Virus record (IMG/VR): IMGVR_UViG_3300043357_000064
Location: 1 to 64,000 of that record
DNA: 64,000 nucleotides
Reading direction: 5' to 3' (one strand)
Origin: a virus
A program made the translations under genes and the position numbers. A model generated the notes under the pieces. The model did not search any database and was not told the DNA's origin. It saw nothing but the letters and a program-made list of their open reading frames with translations. The stretch's first letter is position 1; every line of letters starts with the position of its first letter. Positions 26,162-35,979 of the stretch are shown one piece after another.

Positions 26162-27130
26162 TCAGGCCGTCTCGTACCGGGGCGAGTAGGTGAGCACGAT
26201 CGAACTCCCGGTTCCGGCGCCGGTGATCGCGAGAGTGACGGGATTGTCGCCGGGCTGCAGCGCCCAGAGGACAGCGGACGGAAAGTTCAGTGCGGCGGTC
26301 CAGATCGATCCGTCCGGGCCGCGCACCGCAGGCGGATTAGTTGTGATCGTGACGGTTTCGCCGAGGACAAGGTTCCCGTAGGCGAGGCCGGTGGCGTTCG
26401 GGTCGATGCTGAACGTTTCGCCGGTCAGGTTGTTGGTCAACTCGGCACCGGACGCCGGGCCGTGGATCTTGATGATCGGCCACGCCTCGACATCGCCCGG
26501 ATTGGTGACCGTCGTATCGCCGAGGGTCCCCGACGTGGAGACCGTCATGTACGGGGACAGGAAGCTTGCCGGGCTGCCGCCGACGAACCCCCGCGTAACC
26601 GGCGGTTCGGCCGGCCCGACCCAGAACGGCGACGGGCAGAACAGGGTCAGGACCATGACGCCGTACAGCCAGCCGGACATGTCACCGGACGCCGGGTCGA
26701 AACCGCCCTGGTAGTACGCCTGGATGCTGCGTGATGTTCCGTCCGGGCGGAGGATCGTCAGTGTTCCCGGGCCGAGACGGCGGGTCTGCGCGAACGCCAG
26801 ACCGAGAGCCCGGGACCGCGAGCGGTAGTCGGCTTCGCCGGGTCCGTCGATTTTGATCGGCCACGTGATCAGCCGGGCTTCCGGCTGGATGTGCCGGACG
26901 ATCGAGCCTTCACGTGAGTAGGCGTCGGCAGTCAGGGTGATCGGTGCGGCGCCGAGTGCGCCGGCGATCGCGTCCAGGGTGTGCCAGCCGACCGACGGGT
27001 CGGTCAGAGGCCAAACGGAACCGTCCGGGGCGGTCCAGGTGACCTGGTACGCCTCGGACGGTGTGTACGTCGGGAGAATGAGCGTAGGCGGCGGTGTCAG
27101 CGGTGGCGCTGATCCGTAGGGAATGGGCAT
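26162..27130 (-). CDS. Distal tail protein
   Basis: 322 aa, immediately downstream of the tape measure gene. Confidence 0.55.
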   Translation of the reverse strand: MPIPYGSAPPLTPPPTLILPTYTPSEAYQVTWTAPDGSVWPLTDPSVGWHTLDAIAGALGAAPITLTADAYSREGSIVRHIQPEARLITWPIKIDGPGEADYRSRSRALGLAFAQTRRLGPGTLTILRPDGTSRSIQAYYQGGFDPASGDMSGWLYGVMVLTLFCPSPFWVGPAEPPVTRGFVGGSPASFLSPYMTVSTSGTLGDTTVTNPGDVEAWPIIKIHGPASGAELTNNLTGETFSIDPNATGLAYGNLVLGETVTITTNPPAVRGPDGSIWTAALNFPSAVLWALQPGDNPVTLAITGAGTGSSIVLTYSPRYETA

Positions 27131-29953
27131 CTAGAACGCCCTCCCCACCTGCATCATCGCCTCGGCCGTGGCCTGCAGAGCCATCTGGTCGTGGACGGAC
27201 CAGTTGGCCTGCTGCGGGTTGACGACGAAGCTGATCGACGGCGAGTACGTGGAGTGCGAACCGCCGCCGCTTCCGCCGCCGCCGTTGGCGACAAACCTTC
27301 CGCCGTACCAGCGGGCTTCCTGGTCGATGATCGACGTCGATCGCCGGTAGTTGCCGTACTTCGGTACGAACCCCTCGCCGCCGGTCGACGGCTCGGCGAA
27401 CGCGTACCGCGCCCCGGAGGAGACGGCACCGTAGACGTTGGCATCGCGTAGCGCGCCGGTAGCGGCGTGCGTGTAGACGCCGCCCCAGCGGTTGACACTG
27501 CCGAGACCGTGATTGCTGAGTTGGTCGAGGACCTTCTGTCCGTGGATTGTTAGGTCGAACTGGATCGGTTTGGTCTTCTGGATGTCGTAGATCAGGTCGT
27601 GGAGAGTCTTGGCCTTATTGATCGCGTCGTCTGCGCCCGGCGTCGTGATCGGCACGGCTTTGGCTGGGGGCATCTTCCCGAACGTGCCGATCAGATTGTT
27701 GATCTGCGTGTCTGTCAGTCCGGCGTCGTGCAGCACCTTCCGGAGTGCCTTGGTATACAAGTCATAAGTCGCCGAAGCCTTTTCCACGGACCCGGTCTGG
27801 ACCCTGACCGCTTCGGCTGCCTTGTTGGCCTTGTCGATCGTGTCGAGAATTCCGGTGTTGTTGTCGCGCCCGGCCTGACTGTTGATGTCGAGGGCCTTGC
27901 CGCTTCTCAGCGCAGCCTTGGTGCTCTTGCCGAGAAGAGTCGTCAAGTCGTCGAGCGACTGGTTGAACGCGATCCCCGTTTCCTCGACCGAGATGTTCGC
28001 GCCGTTCAGTTCGTTGAAGACAGTGACAAGGGTTTCGCCGCGAGCAATGGCGATCTGCAATCCCTCGTTCATGATCGACAGCTTCGCTGACGATGATGCA
28101 AAGCCGAGGGCAAGCGCCGTGTTGCTCTGCGCTGCGTCGTCGGCGGCGGCCGTGTATTTCGGGAACAGCTTCGCGGCTTCAACCGACGTTAGGCCCAGTG
28201 TCTTTATCAGGTCCTGGAACTCGAGGTTGGCCTGACTTACACCGCCCTGCGTTGCCAGTTGGCTGAACAGGGTGTCGAGGTTGCCAATATCTGCTTTGCC
28301 CTGCGCCTGGAGATTATGGAGAGCCTCGTTGAGTTCAGCGAGCGCGGTGGCGTTTTTGACGACCCCCGCAGCAGTGAAGTCCGGCATGTGGAGGCCTTGG
28401 ATTTCCCTCGACAGGGTTCCCAGCTTCGGGCCGAAGTCCGACAGCAGTTCACCGGTGATCTTCCCGGTGTCGGCGAGGCCACGGAGGCTCTTCGACAGGG
28501 CGTCGGTGTTCCGCTCGATCGGCTTGAAGTCGTCCTGCGACGTGTGAAGGACGAGTTCCGCACCGGCCACGAACGCCGCCACACCGAGCGCCACGAGTCC
28601 GGCCACTCCGGCGAACCTGCCGAACGTCCCGAGAAGCGTCGCCGCCTTCTCGCCCGCAGGGCCGATGTCCGTCAGGGTCTTGAAGAACTCAGTGCCGGCG
28701 GCATGGGCCTTCGTGAAGGCAACTGCGGCCAGAAGGGTCACGCCGGTGATGCCAGCAATGTCGACGATGCCCGACTGGATCGCGTTGGGCATCGCGGTGA
28801 AGGCGTTTGTCAGTTGCGTAACGCCTTGGGTCAGGAATCGCAGCGCAGGCATGGCGCTCTCACCAGTTTTGATGGCGAGCGTCTCGACCGATCCCTTCAG
28901 TTGCTCAACGTCACCGGAGAGGTTGTTCATCTTCTGCGCGGCAGTTGTCGCGGCAGCCCCGGACTGGTTCGACTTGTCGATCCAGGACTGAATCCCGACC
29001 GCTCCCTGCGTGAACAGAATGTCGGCGGAGCGGACGGCATCGTTGCCGAAGATCTGCGCAAGGGCCTGATCGCGCTGCGCCTGCGTAAGGCCGCCGAGCT
29101 TGTCCTGAAGGTTCTGCGCGAGCGCCGTGATGCCGATGAACTTGCCGCTGGTGTCGTAGGCGTTGATGCCGAGTTGCTTCATCAAGTCGGCGGTCTTCTG
29201 CGATGGTGCCTGCAACTGCTGCAGCATGACCTTGAACGAGGTGCCAGCGTCGGAGCCGACAAGGCCGTTCTGCGCGAAGGCCGCCAGGGTGCCGACGGTG
29301 TCCTCGAGCGACAGGCCCGTCTGGTGTGCGACGAGACCGGCCTGGTTGAGCGCCTGCCCGAGTTGACTGACGTCGGTGGCTGATGTGTTCGCGCCTGCGG
29401 ACAGTTCGTCGGCGATGTGTCCGACGTCCTTGCCCGACAGGCCGAAGATGTTCATGGCCTGCGCGGAGATCGTCGCTGCGTTCGCCAAGTCGATCGAGCC
29501 GGCCGAGGCCAGAGCCATCGAACCCTTGAGCGCTCCGCCGAGGATGTCCGCAGCAGATACTCCGGCCTTGGCGAGTTCGGCCTCAGCCTTCGCGGCTTCC
29601 GTCGCGGAGAAGACGGTGTCCCGTCCGGCGTTGATCGCAGCCGTTCGAAGTGCGTCCATCTGGTCGGCGACCTGCTGAACAGACATGCTGGCGTCGGTCG
29701 TGACCGCCTGCACTTCGCTCATCTGCTTGTCGAACTTCATCGTCGCGTAGACGACGCCCGCGAATACGGCGGTCAGAGCCAGGCCAAACTTCGCCGTCTG
29801 GCCGGTGATGGTGCCGAACTTTTCCTTCGACGTTTCCGACAGTGTCTGGATCTCGCCCGCGAGTTCCTTCGTCGCAAGGCCCGCCTGTCGCATGTTGGCG
29901 ACGTAGCTCGACATCTTCGCCGACAGTTCGACAGAAATGCTTCGGATCGACAT
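27131..29953 (-). CDS. Tape measure protein
   Basis: 940 aa, Ala/Gly/Leu-rich helical with central hydrophobic segments. Follows the G/G-T chaperones. Confidence 0.85.
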   Translation of the reverse strand: MSIRSISVELSAKMSSYVANMRQAGLATKELAGEIQTLSETSKEKFGTITGQTAKFGLALTAVFAGVVYATMKFDKQMSEVQAVTTDASMSVQQVADQMDALRTAAINAGRDTVFSATEAAKAEAELAKAGVSAADILGGALKGSMALASAGSIDLANAATISAQAMNIFGLSGKDVGHIADELSAGANTSATDVSQLGQALNQAGLVAHQTGLSLEDTVGTLAAFAQNGLVGSDAGTSFKVMLQQLQAPSQKTADLMKQLGINAYDTSGKFIGITALAQNLQDKLGGLTQAQRDQALAQIFGNDAVRSADILFTQGAVGIQSWIDKSNQSGAAATTAAQKMNNLSGDVEQLKGSVETLAIKTGESAMPALRFLTQGVTQLTNAFTAMPNAIQSGIVDIAGITGVTLLAAVAFTKAHAAGTEFFKTLTDIGPAGEKAATLLGTFGRFAGVAGLVALGVAAFVAGAELVLHTSQDDFKPIERNTDALSKSLRGLADTGKITGELLSDFGPKLGTLSREIQGLHMPDFTAAGVVKNATALAELNEALHNLQAQGKADIGNLDTLFSQLATQGGVSQANLEFQDLIKTLGLTSVEAAKLFPKYTAAADDAAQSNTALALGFASSSAKLSIMNEGLQIAIARGETLVTVFNELNGANISVEETGIAFNQSLDDLTTLLGKSTKAALRSGKALDINSQAGRDNNTGILDTIDKANKAAEAVRVQTGSVEKASATYDLYTKALRKVLHDAGLTDTQINNLIGTFGKMPPAKAVPITTPGADDAINKAKTLHDLIYDIQKTKPIQFDLTIHGQKVLDQLSNHGLGSVNRWGGVYTHAATGALRDANVYGAVSSGARYAFAEPSTGGEGFVPKYGNYRRSTSIIDQEARWYGGRFVANGGGGSGGGSHSTYSPSISFVVNPQQANWSVHDQMALQATAEAMMQVGRAF

Positions 29954-29959
29954 CGGGGA

Positions 29960-30882
29960 TCACCCCCGCTGCGCTCGGAATTCCGCTCGGTGCAGTACGG
30001 CCTGCGGATGCTGTGCCGGCATCGGACCCTTGGTCAGCGCATCAGCGGACTTGGCGAGCGCGGTGCATTTGAAGCACCGGATCGAGTCCGCGTGATAGGC
30101 GAACTCGTTCGCCGGATCGGTCGTCTCATGGAGCGCCCCGCCGCAGTGCGGACAGTGCGCGGCACGGTAGGCGGAGAGGGCGAGCATCCATGCCCGGTCG
30201 TGCTCGTCATACTCCGGTTCGGTGACTGTGATCGTCTTCTTGATCCGGCCGTCCTTGCGATACCGGTAGACGGTGACCGTCTGTGGTTCCCAGCCGTCGA
30301 ATCGGCGGACGGAGATTCCTAGGCGTTCAGCCGCTTCGACTCGGGCTCGGATCTCAGGGTTTTCGAGGCGGCTTGCGAGAAAGGGATGGACACGCTGCCC
30401 GCGTTCGCCTGCCATGCCCCGTTGCACAGTTCGTCGTACTGGCGCTGGCTGATGACGGTGAGCAGTTCTGCCCAGTCCTCCTCGTCGAGGATCGGTTCGA
30501 CGACCGACCGCCTGAGTAGCGCCTCCGCAAAGTCGTCGCGGTTGTAGCCGGACGCGACGTCCTCCGGATCATCCGCGCGCGGTGGATGGGCTGCCTGTAG
30601 CGCGGTCCAGTCGCCGTGAGGTATCGCCCGGATCGTGAAGTCCTGCGTCTCGTCGGCCATCTGCTCCTGCAGCGCCTTGATCTGCGTCGCGAGGTTGACG
30701 GCCTCGACGTTGCCGACCATGCGCCCGTCGGTAGAGTTCGCATCGAGGTGGCGCAACTCGACGTCGAGCCGCTCGACCTCGGCGAACAGGTCGCCGCGGA
30801 GACAGACTTTGACGTTGCGTTGCGGCAACTTGGCGGTCTTGAGTCGATCCTTGAAGCTCTTGGTTTTCTTCGTGTTGCTCAC
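29960..30882 (-). CDS. Tail assembly chaperone G-T fusion via programmed -1 frameshift
   Basis: The zero-frame codons atC CCT TTC shift to CCC TTT and continue as PFLASRLENPEIR..., which matches track ORF 29960-30427. Confidence 0.6.
30319..30882 (-). CDS. Tail assembly chaperone (G)
   Basis: 187 aa between the major tail and tape measure genes. Overlaps a -1 frame ORF. Confidence 0.7.
   Translation of the reverse strand: MSNTKKTKSFKDRLKTAKLPQRNVKVCLRGDLFAEVERLDVELRHLDANSTDGRMVGNVEAVNLATQIKALQEQMADETQDFTIRAIPHGDWTALQAAHPPRADDPEDVASGYNRDDFAEALLRRSVVEPILDEEDWAELLTVISQRQYDELCNGAWQANAGSVSIPFSQAASKTLRSEPESKRLNA
30379..30385 (-). promoter_or_regulatory. Slippery heptamer C CCT TTC (X XXY YYZ)
   Basis: Plus strand gaaaggg at 30379-30385. 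Codon phase verified against both ORFs. Confidence 0.6.
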
Positions 30883-30978
30883 GTCGTGGCCCTTCGCGTG
30901 CGTGGCCCGGATATGGCGAAGGAGCGGCGATCCGGGCCACCAGATCGCCGCTCCAGACAGGAATTGGCGTGCGGTGGA

Positions 30979-31491
30979 CTACGAGATGACGACCACGTCA
31001 CGCTGGACGTTGTTGGAGATCCGCACGTTCTGCGCGATCTTCTGCATCTCGTTCGATGCGCCCGTGACGGGAACCTGCGTGTCGAACACGGCCGGATAGA
31101 CGTTGACGACGTCACCCGCGGCGATGTCAGGCTCGAATGCCGTGCCGGCCCTCGTCACGAAGAAGCCGGTCGAGAACTTCCGGAACTGGATGTACGCCTT
31201 GTTCGTCGCCGACGCCATGTCCTGCTGCCGGTATACGTACTTGATCGCAAGCTGGTTGGTGGACGTGCCGACGCCTTCGAAGACTTCGCGCGAGCACAAC
31301 CGGCCGTCGGTGACGACGTTTTCGTTCACCGTCGCAGCCCAGCCATCGTCGGTGAAATAGCACGACACGTCGAAGCCGGAGACGGACGTGCATTCGGCGA
31401 CGGTCGGATTCGACGGGTCGGCGATCGTCGGCGTGAAGAAAACCTTGAGGTTGCCGTCACTGACAACGGCTGCTGGCACCGGACTGGTCAT
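30979..31491 (-). CDS. Major tail protein
   Basis: 170 aa. Position upstream of the chaperones. Confidence 0.7.
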   Translation of the reverse strand: MTSPVPAAVVSDGNLKVFFTPTIADPSNPTVAECTSVSGFDVSCYFTDDGWAATVNENVVTDGRLCSREVFEGVGTSTNQLAIKYVYRQQDMASATNKAYIQFRKFSTGFFVTRAGTAFEPDIAAGDVVNVYPAVFDTQVPVTGASNEMQKIAQNVRISNNVQRDVVVIS

Positions 31492-31724
31492 TGCGGCAGG
31501 GCTCCTTCTGGTTCAGGGTCGGTCGGGGCGACCGTTTGCTGCGGTCGGCGGGCGGATCGTTTGCCGTCCTTGGTGGTGCGGTGCTTCGGCGGTCGTGGAC
31601 GCGCGCCCGGACCGGAGTTGGGTGGATAGCCGGCGACTTGATCCATCTCGGGGGTCAGCGACTGCTCGTCGATGTCGAATTCGTGGCCGGTCAAGGCATC
31701 TCGGACGCGGATGTAGACGGGCAT
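31488..31724 (-). CDS. Hypothetical protein with basic/Pro-rich tail
   Basis: ATG at 31724 (MPVYIRV) in track ORF 31488-31958. Confidence 0.4.
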   Translation of the reverse strand: MPVYIRVRDALTGHEFDIDEQSLTPEMDQVAGYPPNSGPGARPRPPKHRTTKDGKRSARRPQQTVAPTDPEPEGALPQ

Positions 31725-31788
31725 GTGTCGCCTCCCGGACAGGTCGCGGCGAGTGCGGAGATTGATGGCGGCCTGTACGGTCGGGCGC

Positions 31789-32205
31789 ATGTCGGAAGCC
31801 CCTGCGCCGAGGCGCAAAGACTCAGAGTCCGCATTCGTGTTGCCGGACGTGCCGGCGAAGAAGGAGGACCACAGTTCGTTTTGGATTGGCCTGGGCGTTG
31901 CCGCTGTGATCGCCCTGGTACTGGTGTGTTCGTTACACGGGACCGGCGCCAGCGGCACGGAAGGCGACCGGTCGAACGCCGCAATCTCGGCGTGCGAGAA
32001 CGCGGTGAAGGATCAGCTGAAGGCGCCTTCGACAGCGAAATTTAGCAACGAGCGGTACACGGACAGCGATCCGTCGTGGCGCGCGACCGGTGATGTCGAC
32101 GCCGAAAACTCGTTCGGCGCGATGATCCGCAGCCACTTCGACTGCGACCTGACGCGGGGAACGGGCGACACCGACTTCACAGTCGACTCGGCGGTCGTGA
32201 CCTGA
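31789..32205 (+). CDS. Opposite-strand membrane-anchored protein (moron)
   Basis: Track ORF 31723-32205; ATG at 31789 preferred. TM FWIGLGVAAVIALVLVCSL followed by a roughly 100-aa Cys-containing extracytoplasmic domain. Confidence 0.55.
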   Translation: MSEAPAPRRKDSESAFVLPDVPAKKEDHSSFWIGLGVAAVIALVLVCSLHGTGASGTEGDRSNAAISACENAVKDQLKAPSTAKFSNERYTDSDPSWRATGDVDAENSFGAMIRSHFDCDLTRGTGDTDFTVDSAVVT

Positions 32206-32532
32206 TCAGCCCTTGACGCTGGCCCGGGTCACGGTCGTCGTGGACGAGTAGGTGACGTGCGCGCGACCGTCGGTCGGGTCGGCTAGGTAGTCGTAGAGCG
32301 GGATCCACTTCTCGCCGGTCGTCGCTGGAATCGTGTAGACGACCGAATCGTTCGCGGCGCCGCTCACCTGCGTGCCGGGTACGGCGACGGTGACGGTCAT
32401 CGACGAGCCGGCACCGTTGCGCACGATCAGCTTGTGTGCGGTGCCGACCTCGTACGTGTCACCGGTCGCCGCGGCGGCGAACGTTGGGGCGGTGCCGTCG
32501 AGCTTGACGGTCTGGGTTGCTACGGCGGTCAT
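32206..32532 (-). CDS. Hypothetical structural protein
   Basis: ATG at 32532 with GAGGAGAA RBS, in track ORF 32206-32781. Confidence 0.5.
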   Translation of the reverse strand: MTAVATQTVKLDGTAPTFAAAATGDTYEVGTAHKLIVRNGAGSSMTVTVAVPGTQVSGAANDSVVYTIPATTGEKWIPLYDYLADPTDGRAHVTYSSTTTVTRASVKG

Positions 32533-32554
32533 GGTTTCTCCTCGAGATGCTGGG

Positions 32555-32998
32555 TCAGGCCGCCGAGGCGGTGGAGTTGAGCCGGTATTGGATGACGCCC
32601 TGGTAGGTGGCTTGGCCATCCGTGGTGTGGACGTCGTCCGACGGGATGACGTAGGGGTTCGCGGATACTTGGCGGGGGCGCCCCGGATTGCGGCCGGTGA
32701 TCGTGACCGGCTTGCCTTCCAGGAGTTCCGCAACCCGGTCGAGCGCGGCGAGTACCTCGTCCTCGTCGCGGCCGGTGGCACTGACCTGGGTCACGGTTGC
32801 GACGGCGGAGACGTTGCCAGGCAGGTTGACCGGCGTGCGGTCCGCCGGTGTCGACCAGACGGTCAGGTAGGGATATTCGAGGTCAGAATCAGAGCCGACG
32901 ACCTTGGCCGTGAAGATCTGATAGGACGTCGGTGGGGACTCCAACGGCGCGAGCAATGCGCGGATTGCATCGCGGTGGAGCCGGGAGATGTCGCTCAT
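32555..32998 (-). CDS. Tail terminator/completion protein candidate
   Basis: 147 aa. Called by position between the gp10-like and major tail genes. Confidence 0.45.
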   Translation of the reverse strand: MSDISRLHRDAIRALLAPLESPPTSYQIFTAKVVGSDSDLEYPYLTVWSTPADRTPVNLPGNVSAVATVTQVSATGRDEDEVLAALDRVAELLEGKPVTITGRNPGRPRQVSANPYVIPSDDVHTTDGQATYQGVIQYRLNSTASAA

Positions 32999-33381
32999 TG
33001 CAGTGCTTTCGGAATTGCCGCCGCGTTGCAGGCGGCGACGAAATCAGGCTCATACCGGTCGTACGCAGGGCCGATATACGGCTGTGGCGCCATGAACTTG
33101 GTTCCCAATTCGACGTGATCGCCGTAATTGACCGTCGGCCCGATCACCGCGGTTGCGCTGTATCCGTCACCGGATCCATCGCGGGTGAAGTCCATGCCGA
33201 TCGACGACCGCAACGCGCCGGTGTCGACGGGTGCTCGCTGCTTCGCGTCGGCTTCGATCAGGAGGCCGAACGCGCGGACGTTCCTGTCGAGTTGTGCGGC
33301 AACGAGAGGTCCGCTCGTCTCGAATGCCAGGGCGATCGCGTGAAGTTCCTCGAATGCCTTCAGGAAGCTGTCGTCACCCAC
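32995..33381 (-). CDS. HK97 gp10-family head-tail joining protein
   Basis: 128 aa. AKQRAPVDTGALRSSI...GPTVNYGDHVELGT signature. Confidence 0.65.
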   Translation of the reverse strand: MGDDSFLKAFEELHAIALAFETSGPLVAAQLDRNVRAFGLLIEADAKQRAPVDTGALRSSIGMDFTRDGSGDGYSATAVIGPTVNYGDHVELGTKFMAPQPYIGPAYDRYEPDFVAACNAAAIPKALQ

Positions 33382-33391
33382 GGCGCACCGC

Positions 33392-33823
33392 CTACCGTGT
33401 TGTCGGTGTGGGTTCCTCGCAGATGAGGTCGCGTTCCCAGATCAGCGAGCCGAGCCGGACTTCGCGGACCCGCATCAACTTGCCGATGAGCTTCGGATCG
33501 TCGGCAGCCGCGGCAACGTAGATCTGGTCGTCGATCTGCGCCTCGGGCACGTCGGCGGGTAGCGACACCTGGTACATCTGGACGATCGCGAACCGGTCGC
33601 CGACCAACTTGTCGCCGCCACGGCGCGAGATCCGCTGCACCCGTGCGACGCCGGACCAGAGGACCGCGGGTGTCGTGTAGACCGACTTCCCGCCGGACTC
33701 GTCGAACGTCTTTCCGCTCGACGGCCGCCGGAGTTCAACGGCTGCAGTCATCCCGCCTTCGGCGACAGGCCGGTGATGCCCCGACCAGTTGACCGGGATG
33801 ACCTTCGTACCCGGGCGCGGCAT
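33392..33823 (-). CDS. Head closure/adaptor candidate
   Basis: ATG at 33823 (TGATG overlap) in track ORF 33392-33868. Confidence 0.45.
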   Translation of the reverse strand: MPRPGTKVIPVNWSGHHRPVAEGGMTAAVELRRPSSGKTFDESGGKSVYTTPAVLWSGVARVQRISRRGGDKLVGDRFAIVQMYQVSLPADVPEAQIDDQIYVAAAADDPKLIGKLMRVREVRLGSLIWERDLICEEPTPTTR

Positions 33824-34500
33824 CAGCAGACCCAGATCGGGTCTTCGGCCAACTCGGCGCCACGCCACCAGGTTTCGGGCCGGAAGTCGACGATGCCCAT
33901 CCCGAACAGCGTTCCGTCGGGCAGGTAGTTGTCAGCGTCCGCACGCAGCTGGGCGGCGGCGGCCCGGAGTTCGGCCGCGACTTTCGCGCCGTCGGTCTGG
34001 AGGTCCAGGGTCCGGATGACCTTGGAGACCATGACTTCGTTGGCGGCGATTGTGTCCATGGCCCGCGCTGCGGCAAGCCGGACGTTGGACGCCGACATCA
34101 GATAGAAGGCGTTGATCTCCGCGTCGGAGAACACGGGAGCCGTCACGTCGACATCGGAGATCAGAAGGCGGACCAGGCCGGTCGAGGTTGTCGGATCGGT
34201 CGTGATCGTCGGCGCGCCTTGCAGCGACGGCCGGACGATGAACGTGCCCTCGTCGGCGTCATCAACGGTGCCGGTCGCAACCGTCCGGTAGGCGTGGAGT
34301 CCCGCGGTAGATGGTTCAAATGTGAGCCGGTACGGGTCGCCGGACGTCGCCGGGACGGTGACCGCCATCGGCGTGGTGGTGCCGTCCGGAAGCGTCACGA
34401 CGCCGGTGACGGTGGCGTCGGTGACCGGTGTTCCGTTGAGCAGGGTAAGCGGCCATTCGACGACCGCAACGGATCCGATCCAGTACTGTCGGCTGCTCAT
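33823..34500 (-). CDS. Head-tail connector (gp6-like) with N-terminal beta domain
   Basis: ATG at 34500 (ATGA overlap). Only the C-terminal 225 aa of track ORF 33823-35844 are taken as real. Confidence 0.5.
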   Translation of the reverse strand: MSSRQYWIGSVAVVEWPLTLLNGTPVTDATVTGVVTLPDGTTTPMAVTVPATSGDPYRLTFEPSTAGLHAYRTVATGTVDDADEGTFIVRPSLQGAPTITTDPTTSTGLVRLLISDVDVTAPVFSDAEINAFYLMSASNVRLAAARAMDTIAANEVMVSKVIRTLDLQTDGAKVAAELRAAAAQLRADADNYLPDGTLFGMGIVDFRPETWWRGAELAEDPIWVC

Positions 34501-35918
34501 GCCAGGGTCGCCCCCGCTCCGGTTCGGATGGTGCTGCGGGGTCGATCGGCGAGCGCCGTTCCTGCACGGGCACCCAGACGTGACGGGCTCGGACCGGGCG
34601 CGTGGCCAGCCCCGGGAATGTACGCGGAGTCGGCGTCGTCGTCGATACCGATCGTCTCGGCGGCGGCCCGCTGGAGTGTGACTCGCGCGGCGGCCGAATC
34701 GGCGAGGGTGATCAGTTCGGCGACGGTACGGACTGCCGCGAGCGAACGCATCGCATCGTCGATGATCGTCGTTGTTGTCGCTGCCGATCGGCTCATCGCC
34801 TGCGCGCCGGCTGCCGTGTCGCCGATCGTGGTCGTGTCGGACTGCGTGCGGCTCATCGCCTGGGAGCGCGTCACCGAGTCGGCGATGCCGATCGTCTCCG
34901 GGGTGGTTCGTGCTGTGACCAGGGCGCGGGTGACGGCGTCGTCGATTCCGGTCGTCGTTGCGGCGGTTCGCGCAGTGGCTTCGGTGCTGGTGGCGCCATC
35001 GCTGATCGTTGTCGTATCGCCGGCTGACCGTATCGCTGCGAACGCCCGGAGCGCCGCGTCCGAGATGCCGATCGTCTCGGCATCCGTCCGGGCCGTGGCG
35101 AGTGCTCGAACAGCAGCGTCGGAGATCGTCGTGCTGTCGGCCGCCGTACGTGCTGCCGCCATCACACGCGCCGCCGCGTCGGTGATCGTCGTCGCGTCGG
35201 CAGCGGTTCGGGCGGTCGCCAGCGCGGTGACGGCAGCGTCGGAGATGGTGATCGTCTCGGCGGCCGATTGGCCCTGGATGACGGGGCCAACGAACGCCGT
35301 CGGGGAATACGCGCAGTCGTCGAGCCAAAATCCGGTGACCGACGCCGCCGCTGCGGTGATGAAGAACCGCAACTCGTCGAAGTTCCCGGCGAGGAAGTTC
35401 CCGGTCCCGGTCTTCGTCTCGGTCGCGGTCGTCGACTCCAGGCTCGTGTAGAGCCGGACGTCGTATGCGCCGGCCGTGCCTGCCGTGACGGAGCCCTCGA
35501 CCCGGAACTGGGCGTTGAGCGGCAGTGTCGTCGTTGAGGTGAACAGGCTTGTGTTCGCGTTGTCGCGCAGGTGGAGTTTGCCGTCCGTCTCGAAGCCGAG
35601 CCGAAACTTCTGCGCCGACGACGCCAGCCCGCGGACCGGGTTGATTCCGGCGACGGGTGTCGCGTTGAGGTAGGCGCTGATCCGCCAGAACAGGGTGGGT
35701 TGGGTGCCGCCGAGGCCGGTCGACGTCCATGCGGCGTAGCAGGCGACCGACGTGGATGTCGTGGCCTTGCCGCCGAGGCTGCCATGCGCCGGATGGGTGT
35801 TGTCCCAGGTCAATGTTCCTGAACCGGTCGAGATGGTGTCCCACTTGGTTCCCGAACCGGTGTCGGCGGTGGTGATCGTGTTGCCGTTGACGCCGCCCTC
35901 GAAGTTGTTCGCGGCCAC
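34497..35918 (-). CDS. LamG/concanavalin-like N-terminal domain + ten 20-aa tandem repeats
   Basis: 473 aa. Repeat unit Tx(A/S)(D/E)T(T/I)xIxDxAxRxxAxxR, with the unit-ending R at residues 237, 257 ... 417. Confidence 0.6.
   Translation of the reverse strand: MAANNFEGGVNGNTITTADTGSGTKWDTISTGSGTLTWDNTHPAHGSLGGKATTSTSVACYAAWTSTGLGGTQPTLFWRISAYLNATPVAGINPVRGLASSAQKFRLGFETDGKLHLRDNANTSLFTSTTTLPLNAQFRVEGSVTAGTAGAYDVRLYTSLESTTATETKTGTGNFLAGNFDELRFFITAAAASVTGFWLDDCAYSPTAFVGPVIQGQSAAETITISDAAVTALATARTAADATTITDAAARVMAAARTAADSTTISDAAVRALATARTDAETIGISDAALRAFAAIRSAGDTTTISDGATSTEATARTAATTTGIDDAVTRALVTARTTPETIGIADSVTRSQAMSRTQSDTTTIGDTAAGAQAMSRSAATTTTIIDDAMRSLAAVRTVAELITLADSAAARVTLQRAAAETIGIDDDADSAYIPGAGHAPGPSPSRLGARAGTALADRPRSTIRTGAGATLA
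34620..35267 (-). repeat. 10.8 tandem copies of a diverged 60-bp (20-codon) unit
   Basis: Derived from the exact 20-residue periodicity of the encoded protein (aa 218-433). Confidence 0.75.
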
Positions 35919-35979
35919 GGCGCCACCTCCCGCCAGCGATCAGGAGGTGACATAACGAGGTCCTAGGCGTATGTCCGCT

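Noticed and set aside
34500-35844. N-terminal 448 aa of the 673-aa track ORF 33823-35844.
   Set aside because: This part is out of frame with, and fully overlapped by, the LamG/repeat gene (34497-35918). It is Arg/His/Asp-rich junk. The real gene starts at the ATG at 34500 with an ATGA overlap.
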